Origin: an uncultured Candidatus Saccharibacteria bacterium
GTDB lineage: Bacteria > Patescibacteriota > Saccharimonadia > Saccharimonadales > JALRHH01
DNA length: 64,000 bases
Reading direction: 5' to 3'
Assembly: GCA_964559915.1 (NCBI GenBank)
Contig: CAZLJP010000001.1
Span: 129,510-193,509, forward strand
The position numbers were made by a program, and so were the translations under genes. This document shows positions 9,045 through 18,339 of the stretch, piece by piece. The notes under the pieces are model-generated. The model did no database searches. It saw only the letters and a list, made by a program, of their open reading frames with translations, and had not been told where the DNA came from. Positions within the stretch are counted from its first letter, which is position 1; each line of letters starts with the position of its first letter.

Positions 9045-9070
9045 GACCGACATTTGTCGGTCTTTTTTTG
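9038..9070. terminator. Bidirectional rho-independent terminator
   Basis: AGACCGACA-TTT-GTCGGTCT perfect hairpin flanked by an A-run and a T-run. Serves the pseudo-tRNA copy (+) and gene 9084..9614 (-). Confidence 0.7.
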
Positions 9071-9083
9071 GATTATTTGAAGT

Positions 9084-9614
9084 CTAATCGCTGATATCAA
9101 AATCAATTGGATACATACCGAGCTTCACGTTAGTGCCGGATGTGCCTGTAGTATACGTACCCTGAAGCTCAAAGAAGCCTGACTTACCCTTCGCGGATGA
9201 ATTAAAGACTTTGTCTTCTTTCGCGGTAGTAAAGGTGCCCTTTCCCATACCTTCTAGATTGCCACCACCCATAGGCTGGACCTTGCCATCGTCCTGAATA
9301 TAGTAGAGTTGGTAGGATAATGTGGCGTACCCATCATTATTGGTCTTTGTACCATCATATTCAAAGCTGAGTACTTGGCCATTACCAAATTTCACGTTTT
9401 TTTCTGGATATTTAGTAACACTAGGGTCAGAGAAGAAAGCGTAGTCACCATTAGGGTCATCGAGCTTTACTTTGGACGCAGCGTCAGACGTTTGACTGCT
9501 CGAGCCCGTATTTGAACTCTTTGGCGAATCATCCTTCTGCGTAATCATAAAAACGGCTCCGCCGATTACAATGACTGCTCCTGCTCCGGCAAGTAATACA
9601 TTTGGCTTTGGCAT
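9084..9614 (-). CDS. Membrane-anchored/secreted hypothetical protein
   Basis: N-terminal TM/signal anchor (LLAGAGAVIVIGGAVFMI), S/T-rich linker, beta-rich C-terminal domain. Confidence 0.5.
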   Translation of the reverse strand: MPKPNVLLAGAGAVIVIGGAVFMITQKDDSPKSSNTGSSSQTSDAASKVKLDDPNGDYAFFSDPSVTKYPEKNVKFGNGQVLSFEYDGTKTNNDGYATLSYQLYYIQDDGKVQPMGGGNLEGMGKGTFTTAKEDKVFNSSAKGKSGFFELQGTYTTGTSGTNVKLGMYPIDFDISD

Positions 9615-9727
9615 ACATTTCTCCAGTGTTAAGTAATGTTATTTATTGTAGTTCATAGCATAAGTAAAAAGAAATATAGTTAACATATAAGACGTAGTGG
9701 TCTGCATTTACTTGCTACAATATCTAG

Positions 9728-10300
9728 GTGAAGCAAAATACTAAACCCAGGAACGGACAATTCCTCCTAGCTGACTATCAGACTGCGTTTGTATCAGCGG
9801 CTACCCTGCAATTTGCCAAGAACGAGGCTGAACGGTCCGAGACTGTTCTAATGCACCAGCTTACCTCACTTGGTGGTGGCGCCTATCTCAACCCTGGTAC
9901 TGTTGACTTACAAACTGACGTCAGTCGGGCTAGTTTGGATGCGCACATCAAAAAAGTACAAGTTGCTCAGCTAAACGCAATTAGCGCAGACCAGCTATAT
10001 GCGATGAGCGCCCAAGATACCAAAGATTACGTAGGCCGCAAAGTTCGCATAACGCCCAAGTCTAGCCGTAAAGACGCCATCGAAGCTGTTTGGTTTAACC
10101 CACACACGGGTTATCGTGTGAGTCCCATGACGCGCAGCCAGATAACCGGTATCATCACTGAGCTATGGCTCGATAAAAATGTACTGGTACTCAAGCCAGC
10201 CAAACTGACCCGTATGATTAATCCAGAGTTGCAGCAATATCTAGTCTACGTTGTAGACCCGGCCACTCTGGAACCTATGATAGATTTGGCGCTGGTCTAG
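9728..10300 (+). CDS. Hypothetical protein
   Basis: 190-aa ORF with no recognisable motifs. Confidence 0.4.
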   Translation: MKQNTKPRNGQFLLADYQTAFVSAATLQFAKNEAERSETVLMHQLTSLGGGAYLNPGTVDLQTDVSRASLDAHIKKVQVAQLNAISADQLYAMSAQDTKDYVGRKVRITPKSSRKDAIEAVWFNPHTGYRVSPMTRSQITGIITELWLDKNVLVLKPAKLTRMINPELQQYLVYVVDPATLEPMIDLALV

Positions 10301-10301
10301 A

Positions 10302-12050
10302 CTACCAGCCGCCTCCGCCACCTCCGCCTCCGCCACCACCAGAAGAACCACCGCCACTTGAACCACCAGAGCTTGAACTGCTTGCGCTGGTATAGCTGGC
10401 TGCGCTGCTAAAATTAGTCATGGAGTTGCTAAATACAGCTGCGTTAAATGCCCCGTGCCCGGCATACCATTCAGGGCTCTTGCCAATTGATTCATAATAT
10501 TGGCCAATCCGCTGATTCCACTCTTTTTCCAAACCAAACAAAGTGGCGTAGGGCAGAACTTCTTCGTACAGCTTAACCAATTGGCCATCATCTTTTACGT
10601 CAACATCGCCAATCTTCAGTGCACCTTCTGGACTTTGTAGCATTTTGAGGCGTTCTACTTCGGCAACCTTGATGTACTGCTTAAGCCCATCAAGATAGCG
10701 CGCTAGCTCCAACCCCTTATCAGTCAACGGCCACAATGTATAGCTAGCTATAAGCACACCAATCGCTAGTATTAGTAAGGCCGGGTTGAGTAAGGGCACA
10801 GATAAAACTAACAATGTTAGGCCAAGTTTCTTGAGCCAGGCAGATTTTGCCGAATCTTTAGCGGTTAGACCATACTGGCCACGCATCAAATCACGAAGTT
10901 TTTTATCATTATTTTGCATACGACTATAGACAGTAGTGTTGTTCTGTAGCGATTTAAGCACCAACCGTTGTCCGACGCTAGTTTCACCAAATATGTCTTT
11001 CAGAATTTCTTGCTCCTCGGCCCTCAGCGAGCTGATATCTTTGATGATTTCAATGTCATATTCGGCCCTACGCCAAAAGCTTTTGGGTCTGGTCTCGATA
11101 ATCTTTGTGTAATGACGAACAGCAAAATCAAGAAGCTGTGCAGTAAACACAGAACGTCCTTTGGCTATAATAGCTGCCGCAGTTGTAACGCTGGTATCTT
11201 TAGGGGGCAGGTACTCTGTCACCACTGTTTGACGCTCATTACTACGCCTGGTCCAGCGGTAATACCGCACTATAATTAGAATCGTGCCGATTACGATGAG
11301 TGGTAGAGCAACAACCCAACCAATTAATATCCAAATGATAAGCTTTTCAAATAGTGTCTTTTGATACGGCTCAAATGTACCGGTCTTGAAACCGATTACG
11401 ATAGTTGCATTCTCGCTAAAACTTAGGTTGGCAGTGCTCACATGATAGCCGCTATCATCACGCACGATGCTACAAGGTACCGTTGCACCAGCAGGCCCCT
11501 GATAACACGCCGTGTCGCCCGTTAGCGCTGTTTGTATAGATGGGTCGAGTGTCAGATTTACTGTCAGATTATCTATTGGTACCAGCCACTCCGTGCCGTT
11601 GGTATCCCAATAGAACTCATCACGCCCCGTGTCAGCAAAATACTTAGTGACATCACGCTGGGTGTATGTAAGCACGTATGTCTGCAGACCGTGCACATAG
11701 CGGTCAGCATCACCAATCCTCACCACTTCGTTACCATTACTACTGTATGTTGTATAGGTTAATTTTGCACCACTCTCGTTAGTAACAGACCCTACAGAAA
11801 GACTCGTTGGGTGTCCATCGTATGATTGAGGAATAGCCCGCTCAATACCATGATTCTGGGCATATACAGGAAAATTAGCAGTAATTGTTTCTTTAGTGAG
11901 TAGTATGGAGCGACCGGCAGAATCCTTACTCAAATGATAATCAATACTGTAGTTGGTGATTACAAAATTATTGACCGCTGCGTGGGCTGATGACGGCAAC
12001 ACGAGAAAAACGGCCACAAGACTGAGACAAAAAAGCAGTAGCCGTTTCAT
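10302..12050 (-). CDS. DUF2207-family membrane protein (signal peptide, extracellular domain, two TM, Gly/Ser-rich C-tail)
   Basis: Start reassigned to MKRLLLFCLSLVAVFLVLPSSAHA signal peptide, which avoids overlap with the upstream permease. Ends in ...SSSSGGSSGGGSSGGGGGGGGGGGW, typical of DUF2207. Confidence 0.6.
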   Translation of the reverse strand: MKRLLLFCLSLVAVFLVLPSSAHAAVNNFVITNYSIDYHLSKDSAGRSILLTKETITANFPVYAQNHGIERAIPQSYDGHPTSLSVGSVTNESGAKLTYTTYSSNGNEVVRIGDADRYVHGLQTYVLTYTQRDVTKYFADTGRDEFYWDTNGTEWLVPIDNLTVNLTLDPSIQTALTGDTACYQGPAGATVPCSIVRDDSGYHVSTANLSFSENATIVIGFKTGTFEPYQKTLFEKLIIWILIGWVVALPLIVIGTILIIVRYYRWTRRSNERQTVVTEYLPPKDTSVTTAAAIIAKGRSVFTAQLLDFAVRHYTKIIETRPKSFWRRAEYDIEIIKDISSLRAEEQEILKDIFGETSVGQRLVLKSLQNNTTVYSRMQNNDKKLRDLMRGQYGLTAKDSAKSAWLKKLGLTLLVLSVPLLNPALLILAIGVLIASYTLWPLTDKGLELARYLDGLKQYIKVAEVERLKMLQSPEGALKIGDVDVKDDGQLVKLYEEVLPYATLFGLEKEWNQRIGQYYESIGKSPEWYAGHGAFNAAVFSNSMTNFSSAASYTSASSSSSGGSSGGGSSGGGGGGGGGGGW

Positions 12051-12073
12051 ATGCACAGTATACACCCAGTGAG

Positions 12074-12883
12074 TTACTGCACTGCGCGACGACGAAACAG
12101 CAAGGTAGCAATTGGAATTGCAACAATCAACACACCAATGCACCAAGCAACGGCCAGCCAGCCATGATTACCGACTGGCGTACCGAGCATAAGTGCCCGC
12201 GTAGCCTCAATGATGTGGGTGATTGGCTGATTCTCTGCGAATGCCTTAAGGAATCGGTTCATTCCTTCAGTAGGAACAAATGCACTACTGGCAAATGTTA
12301 GGGGGAATACAATGATAAAGCTGAGCCATTGCACCGCCTCTACGCTCTTAGATAAAAGACCCATGATTGCCGCTAGCCACGAAAACATGAGTGTGAAGAG
12401 CAGCAGAATACCAACAATAGCTAACCATTGTAGCGGGCTTGCGTGGCTACGAAAGCCCATGATGAGTCCGGTTACTATCATCACGATAGTCGAGATACCG
12501 TTGCGGAATATATCAGAAATAATATGTCCGTTCAGCACAGCCACATTACTCATGGGCAATGAACGAAAGCGGTCAACGATGCCTTTTTGAAGGTCATTGG
12601 AAATAGCAATTGCGGTGGTAGTAGAGCCAAACGCCAATGTCTGAACAATAATACCCGCCATCAGGAAGTCTAGATAGCCAATACCATTTGGCAAAGCCAT
12701 TGAGATAGCTCCGCCAAAAACAGCAGAGAACAAGACCAAGAACATGATTGGCTGGAAGAATGTGCCTAGTAGCTGGTCTGTGTTGCGCAGGATGTGACGG
12801 CTACTACGCTGAATCATCAGTAGTGAGTCTGTCAGTGCTTGTACCGGGCGAGATTTTTTCTCAAAATGTAATTCGGTTGCCAT
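12074..12883 (-). CDS. ABC-2 type transporter permease
   Basis: Six-TM ABC-2 architecture. Directly downstream of the ATPase with a 1-nt gap. Confidence 0.75.
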   Translation of the reverse strand: MATELHFEKKSRPVQALTDSLLMIQRSSRHILRNTDQLLGTFFQPIMFLVLFSAVFGGAISMALPNGIGYLDFLMAGIIVQTLAFGSTTTAIAISNDLQKGIVDRFRSLPMSNVAVLNGHIISDIFRNGISTIVMIVTGLIMGFRSHASPLQWLAIVGILLLFTLMFSWLAAIMGLLSKSVEAVQWLSFIIVFPLTFASSAFVPTEGMNRFLKAFAENQPITHIIEATRALMLGTPVGNHGWLAVAWCIGVLIVAIPIATLLFRRRAVQ

Positions 12884-12884
12884 A

Positions 12885-13862
12885 TTATTTCTCCTCCGCC
12901 TTCTCAGCTGCTTTCTTTTTGCCTGTCAGTGACAAAAAGACATCATCCAATGTTGGCTTATGTACCGCCAGTGATTCAATCACGATTTGCTTGCTAGAAA
13001 GTTTCTCGAGAATACCCTTCACGTCTTTATTGGTATCATTGATAACTACCGAGAGAACATGCTCGGTGTTATCAACTTCTGAAGCCGATTTACCGAGCTC
13101 TGCTTTGGCAGTGGCAAGTACTTTGTCATTCTTAAATGTAAGCTCGAGTCGGTCTTTGCCAACTTTACTCTTTAGTTCTTTGGCCGTACCCTCGGCAATC
13201 ACGCCACCATTATCAATCACGATAATCTGATCAGCCAATTGATCGGCTTCTTCAAGATACTGCGTAGTCAACAAAATGGTCGTACCTTGTTGCATAAGAT
13301 GACGGATACTCTCCCACATGGCAATACGAGACCGTGGGTCAAGCCCCGTGGTAGGTTCATCTAGGAAAATAATCGGTGGCTTAGCGATGAGGCTGACAGC
13401 CAAGTCCAAACGGCGGCGCATACCGCCAGAATAGGTCTTGGCAGTCCGGTCAGCCGTCTTAACAAGGTCAAATTCTTCAAGTAATTCTTCGGCACGAGAC
13501 GAAGCACTCTGTTTGGTAAGACGATAGAGTCGGCCCATCATAATCAGGTTTTCACGGCCAGTGAGTAGTTCATCAACTGCAGCTGATTGACCGGTCAAGC
13601 CAATAACACTGCGAACCTTATCGGCGTCATCGGCGACATTAAATCCCTCTACCGTTACCTGACCCCCGTTGTACGGCAGTAAGGTACTAAGGATTTTGAC
13701 CGTTGTGGTCTTGCCAGCACCGTTTGGACCGAGCAATGCCAACATCGTGCCCCGCTTAACAGAAAAACTAACGTCCTTAAGAACTTCTAAATCTTTATAT
13801 GATTTGCGTAGGTTCTTTACGACAATCGCGTCATCAGTCTGACTTTGTTTTTCTTTGGGCAT
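12885..13862 (-). CDS. ABC transporter ATP-binding protein (DrrA-like)
   Basis: Walker A GPNGAGKTTT, ABC signature LSGGMRRRL, Walker [13 protein letters not shown]. Confidence 0.85.
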   Translation of the reverse strand: MPKEKQSQTDDAIVVKNLRKSYKDLEVLKDVSFSVKRGTMLALLGPNGAGKTTTVKILSTLLPYNGGQVTVEGFNVADDADKVRSVIGLTGQSAAVDELLTGRENLIMMGRLYRLTKQSASSRAEELLEEFDLVKTADRTAKTYSGGMRRRLDLAVSLIAKPPIIFLDEPTTGLDPRSRIAMWESIRHLMQQGTTILLTTQYLEEADQLADQIIVIDNGGVIAEGTAKELKSKVGKDRLELTFKNDKVLATAKAELGKSASEVDNTEHVLSVVINDTNKDVKGILEKLSSKQIVIESLAVHKPTLDDVFLSLTGKKKAAEKAEEK

Positions 13863-13945
13863 AGCTGTCTCTCCGTCTATTAATCTAGAGTTCTATTATA
13901 TGATGTGAGCTGTCTTGTGTGAAGCCTACGTTTATACCCGTAAGG

Positions 13946-14623
13946 TTATCGTACGGTGAATGTACCTTTTGTCTCGGGTTGTAGATGGTCGTGGAATTCG
14001 TAGCTACCGGTTTCTGAAAGGGTAATGGTTTTGTTTTGGCCTTTTCGAATAGTATATTCTGCTTCACCAGCATAGGTTGTGTCATTGGGGTGTGCGCCAA
14101 AGGCAATTTGTTTAGTATCAATATCCTCATTCATAAATGTAAGCGTGTCGCAGCGTTCTGCTACAGTCACCTCTGGGGTAACAACACCCTCCTGGCTTAG
14201 CTTGATTTGGTGATTAGCATGTTGGCCCTCACAAGCACCTGTCTCTTGCCCGCCGACCTGATAAATCGCTTCATCATTTACCAATTTCTTGGTTTGCTCA
14301 GCTGCGCTTGGTGCCATATTGCGGTGCAAATTAGTGGTGATGACTATGGAGCCTCCTACGACTACTAAAATACTGAAAATAGTTACACCAAAGAACACCT
14401 GCTGCCATGTTGGTCCGGGACCACGCCCTAGATGCAGGAAGAATAATACCTGAACCAACATCTGCAACACGCCAAATCCTAGAATCGTAACAAGTAGTGC
14501 TGTACCAGCAATAACGTGGTTTACCACCATATGGTATGGAATGAAGGTGAATATCAACGAAAGGATAAAGCCAATAATATAGGCCTGCATTGTGCCGTGT
14601 TCATGTGGGGCTTTTTTGGTCAT
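13946..14623 (-). CDS. cyoD: Cytochrome o ubiquinol oxidase subunit IV (CyoD) with about 115-aa C-terminal beta-rich (cupredoxin-like) extension
   Basis: Start taken at MTKKAPHEHG, which overlaps the cyoC stop as ATGA. N-terminal three-TM region is CyoD-like. CyoD is normally about 110 aa, here 225 aa. The tail contains ...GSYEFHDHLQPETKGTFTV. Confidence 0.6.
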   Translation of the reverse strand: MTKKAPHEHGTMQAYIIGFILSLIFTFIPYHMVVNHVIAGTALLVTILGFGVLQMLVQVLFFLHLGRGPGPTWQQVFFGVTIFSILVVVGGSIVITTNLHRNMAPSAAEQTKKLVNDEAIYQVGGQETGACEGQHANHQIKLSQEGVVTPEVTVAERCDTLTFMNEDIDTKQIAFGAHPNDTTYAGEAEYTIRKGQNKTITLSETGSYEFHDHLQPETKGTFTVR

Positions 14624-15219
14624 ACGAATGCTCCCAAGTACACGATAGTAAAGATAAATATCCAAACGATATCTAGGAAGTGCCAGAACAGACTAAGCAT
14701 GGTTAGCTTGCGTACAATGTGCGTATTAAGCCCACGCTTCATCGTGAAAATCATAGTAATGCCCATCCATAGCAGACCAGAGGTAATGTGAAGTCCATGC
14801 GTACCAACCAGTACAAAGAATGATGACAGAAAGGCACTGCTGCGCAACGTATGGCCTTCATGTATGAACTCTGCAAACTCCTTTAACTCAAATGCCAGGA
14901 AAGCTGCACCGAGAGCGAAGGTAACCGCAAACCAGAATAGTGTCGCCGCCTTTTTACCACTGCGAGCCGTTATCATAGCTAAGCCGACTGTGAAACTACT
15001 GGTCAGTAGCAATAATGTCTCGGTCAACGCAAGCGGTAGACCGAATAGCTCACGGCCAGACTCGCCGCCTGCTGTATTACCATGCAGCACTGCATAGCAT
15101 GCAAACAGAATCGCAAACATCAACAGGTCGGTCATCAGATACACCCAGAAGCCAAACATAACTCTGTCTGTGGCTTCGGCCTCGAGCTGTTCGTGGTTTA
15201 TTGGTGTGTGTTCTTTCAT
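14620..15219 (-). CDS. cyoC: Cytochrome o ubiquinol oxidase subunit III
   Basis: 199 aa, five-TM heme-copper oxidase subunit III. Its position between cyoB and cyoD supports the call. Confidence 0.85.
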   Translation of the reverse strand: MKEHTPINHEQLEAEATDRVMFGFWVYLMTDLLMFAILFACYAVLHGNTAGGESGRELFGLPLALTETLLLLTSSFTVGLAMITARSGKKAATLFWFAVTFALGAAFLAFELKEFAEFIHEGHTLRSSAFLSSFFVLVGTHGLHITSGLLWMGITMIFTMKRGLNTHIVRKLTMLSLFWHFLDIVWIFIFTIVYLGAFV

Positions 15220-17325
15220 CTAGTGTGACTTCTTTCTACGAATGAGGCCAAAACAGAAACCAACTACAATCTTGATAAGCTCCCAGAGCCCCATGTCTTC
15301 TTCTGGGTCATGGTGCTTTGGTGTGGGTTGCGCATCGTCTCTCTTCTTGCGCTCTTCTTCAAGCCTACGAACTTCGTCTGCAGTAAGTATGTACTCCGTC
15401 TCTTCGTTAAAGGTGCGGACCACAAAGACGACCAATATACCGATAAGTGACACAACGGCTAGCCACAAAATTTCCCAAACGGCTGCAAAACCTACCAAGA
15501 AGGCAAAAACAGAAATGTAGATGCCCGCTGCGGTATTCTTAGGAATAATAATGTCTTCATACTTGGGCTTGGGTAGGCCCTTCTGTTTCATTTCCCAGAA
15601 CTGGTCCTGTGATGTTACTTGCGGAATAGATGTGTAGTTATAGAACTGTGGTGGCGAAACAGTTGCCCACTCAAGAGTGCGACCATCCCACGGGTCACCA
15701 GTTGTATCACGTAGCCGCTTTTTCTGAATGAAACTCGCGAGGATTTGAGCAAGCTGCAGAGCGGTGCCAATTGCAATGATAATGCCGCCGAGCAACATAC
15801 ATATATACAGTGGCTGCCAGCCAGTTGATGCGTCGTAATGGTCAAGACGTCTTGTGGCACCCATGATTCCCAACACATACATTGGGATAAATGACATACA
15901 GAAACCTACAATCCAGCACCAGAAAGCTTGGCGGCCAATCCGTTCATTAAGTTTGATACCGGCAATTTTTGGGAACCAATAGCTAATGGCACAGAAAATA
16001 CCAAACAACACACCACCAATGACATTTGAATGGAAGTGTGCGACTAAGAACAGGCTATTATGCAGCTGAAAATCGACTGGCGGTATGGCCAAAACTAAGC
16101 CCGAAAGGCCACCAATAGTAAAGATTGAGACAAAACCGAGGAACCATAGCATTGGTGTGTCAAACCGTATTCGGCCCTTGTGCATCGTAGCAATCCAGGT
16201 GAAGAACAATACTGCTGTGGGGATGCCAATCAGTAGTGTCATAAAGCCGAACCAAGCATTGACGTTAGCGCTTGCGCCCATAGTGAAGAAGTGGTGGAGC
16301 CATACAGATAATGCAAGCGCTGAAACACCCGCCATACCAAGCACATTGGAGGTATAGCTAGCAATCTTCTTGCGGCTGAAGGTCGAAACAACTTCCGAGA
16401 AGACACCAAAAGCCGGTAACATCAGGATATAGACTTCAGGGTGTCCCCACATCCAGATAAGGTTGGTATACATCATCGGGTCGCCACCAGCTGTAGTCGT
16501 AAAGAAGTGCGTACCAAAGGCTCTATCAAAGAACATCAAGAAAAGCGTAGCGGTAAGTAGTGGAAAGACAGCAACCGCCATAAGCATGCTAAATAGTGAA
16601 CCCCAGGTGAAGAGTGGCATCTTCATCAACGTCATGCCCTTAGCACGCATTTTTAGAATCGTCATAATAAAGTTAATCGCACCCAGCGTGGTACCAATAC
16701 CCGAAATCTGCAAACTCCATATCCAGTAGTCCACGCCTACCCCAGGACTAAATTCCTTGCCTGATAGTGGTGCAACCGCCAGCCAGCCAGTCGCAGCGTA
16801 TTCACCACCAAGCAGGAAGAACATGTTAACCATCAGTACACCGCCAATATAGAGCCAGAATCCAAGCGTATTGAGGAATGGTGATGCCAAATCGCGCGCG
16901 CCAATCTGTAGTGGCACAATATAGTTAATCAATCCAAAGATAAATGCCATAGCCACAAAGAAGACCATGATATTGCCGTGCGCAGTAAAGATTTGTTGGA
17001 AGTGATCCGCAGACAGATAGCCATGTTGGGCTTCCCCTAAACCTGGCATATTGCTAGAACCGAGTGCTTGTTGCAGCCAAATCATAATGGCGTCCAGGCC
17101 ACCACGTAGCAGCATAAAGCCACCCGCGATAAAGTACATGATACCAATCTTCTTAGGGTCGACGGACGTTAGCCACTCTTTCCAGAGCCACTTCCATCGC
17201 TTGGTATAGGTCAGGTATCCGGCGATTAGTATGAAAAGCGCAAAAAAGGCTGCTGAGCCAGCAATAGTGAACCACTCGTGCGGCAGTGCGTGGCCGTTTA
17301 GCTTACCAAGTAGAAATTCTCTCAT
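15220..17325 (-). CDS. cyoB: Cytochrome o ubiquinol oxidase subunit I
   Basis: 701 aa, heme-copper oxidase subunit I signatures (WGHPEVYILMLPAFG, histidine ligands). Confidence 0.9.
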   Translation of the reverse strand: MREFLLGKLNGHALPHEWFTIAGSAAFFALFILIAGYLTYTKRWKWLWKEWLTSVDPKKIGIMYFIAGGFMLLRGGLDAIMIWLQQALGSSNMPGLGEAQHGYLSADHFQQIFTAHGNIMVFFVAMAFIFGLINYIVPLQIGARDLASPFLNTLGFWLYIGGVLMVNMFFLLGGEYAATGWLAVAPLSGKEFSPGVGVDYWIWSLQISGIGTTLGAINFIMTILKMRAKGMTLMKMPLFTWGSLFSMLMAVAVFPLLTATLFLMFFDRAFGTHFFTTTAGGDPMMYTNLIWMWGHPEVYILMLPAFGVFSEVVSTFSRKKIASYTSNVLGMAGVSALALSVWLHHFFTMGASANVNAWFGFMTLLIGIPTAVLFFTWIATMHKGRIRFDTPMLWFLGFVSIFTIGGLSGLVLAIPPVDFQLHNSLFLVAHFHSNVIGGVLFGIFCAISYWFPKIAGIKLNERIGRQAFWCWIVGFCMSFIPMYVLGIMGATRRLDHYDASTGWQPLYICMLLGGIIIAIGTALQLAQILASFIQKKRLRDTTGDPWDGRTLEWATVSPPQFYNYTSIPQVTSQDQFWEMKQKGLPKPKYEDIIIPKNTAAGIYISVFAFLVGFAAVWEILWLAVVSLIGILVVFVVRTFNEETEYILTADEVRRLEEERKKRDDAQPTPKHHDPEEDMGLWELIKIVVGFCFGLIRRKKSH

Positions 17326-18239
17326 TCGTGACCCTCATGATTAGCATGCCCAGAATGTGCTGCGGCATACTTTGCAACAATTGTATCGAATAGACCGTCT
17401 TGATAGCTAGCGTACAGTGCAGATGGCGTGTCTTCACTGGGCTTAACGAGCTTTTCATAGGCAGCGTTATCCAGTACGTTAGCAGATTGCTTGGTAGTTT
17501 TTGCCCAGGCATCAAAGTCTGCTGCTGAGCTAACGCGAGTAGTAAATTTCATGCCTGCAAATCCTTCGCCGTTAATCTCCGCCGAACTACCCGTATAGTC
17601 GCCAATCGTATCAGCCATTATATTAAGCCGGTTAACGTGTCCCGTCATAGAATACAGCTGACCGGCAATGTTTGGAATCCAGAATGAACTCATTGGTGCT
17701 TCGTCGGCCGTCAGCTCAAAGATTATTGGGGTGTCCTTGGGGATTTGCACAAAGTTAACCGTGGCAATCTTCTGCTCAGGATATAAAAATATCCACTTCC
17801 AGCGCAGAGATACCACCTGTATTGTCATTGGCTTAGTATCTGATGCGATTGACTTACGAGGTTCGAGCCTGTGAGCCGACAGATACATCACAGGTAATAA
17901 AATAAGCATAATTATGGTTGGAAATGCCCACATGCTAAACACAAAAAATTTACCATGATGAGCATCAGGATTGTGTGGAGCTTTCACATTGGATTCACGG
18001 TATTTCCAAGCAGTAAAGTACAGCACTAGTACGGTTGGAATAGCAGCCGCGAACAATACACCCAGCGTGATGACCAATAAGCCCATCTGTTCCTGAGCGA
18101 TAAATCCTTTTGGGTTTAATAAGGCAACGTTTTTGCCGTGCAGCAAGATTGCAATCAGGCCAGCGAACTCAACCAATAGCAACGGAATATACCAAAACAG
18201 CCAGCCCTGACTCCCCCGTCTTTTGTTTGTTTGTGCCAT
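17322..18239 (-). CDS. cyoA: Cytochrome o ubiquinol oxidase subunit II
   Basis: N-terminal TM pair plus cupredoxin-fold periplasmic domain lacking CuA ligands (quinol oxidase type). Overlaps the cyoB start by 4 nt. Confidence 0.85.
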   Translation of the reverse strand: MAQTNKRRGSQGWLFWYIPLLLVEFAGLIAILLHGKNVALLNPKGFIAQEQMGLLVITLGVLFAAAIPTVLVLYFTAWKYRESNVKAPHNPDAHHGKFFVFSMWAFPTIIMLILLPVMYLSAHRLEPRKSIASDTKPMTIQVVSLRWKWIFLYPEQKIATVNFVQIPKDTPIIFELTADEAPMSSFWIPNIAGQLYSMTGHVNRLNIMADTIGDYTGSSAEINGEGFAGMKFTTRVSSAADFDAWAKTTKQSANVLDNAAYEKLVKPSEDTPSALYASYQDGLFDTIVAKYAAAHSGHANHEGHE

Positions 18240-18339
18240 TCACCCAACTCCGTTAGAACATAAGCGTAATCTTGAGCCTTACTATATCATAGGCCTGCGC
18301 CCAAGGTCTAATAGTACTGATGGTATACTTTCTATTATT

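Noticed and set aside
8912-9106. 64-aa minus-strand ORF in the tRNA-Gln downstream segment
   Set aside because: It spans two terminator hairpins and the duplicated tRNA 3' end. No SD. Most likely non-coding.
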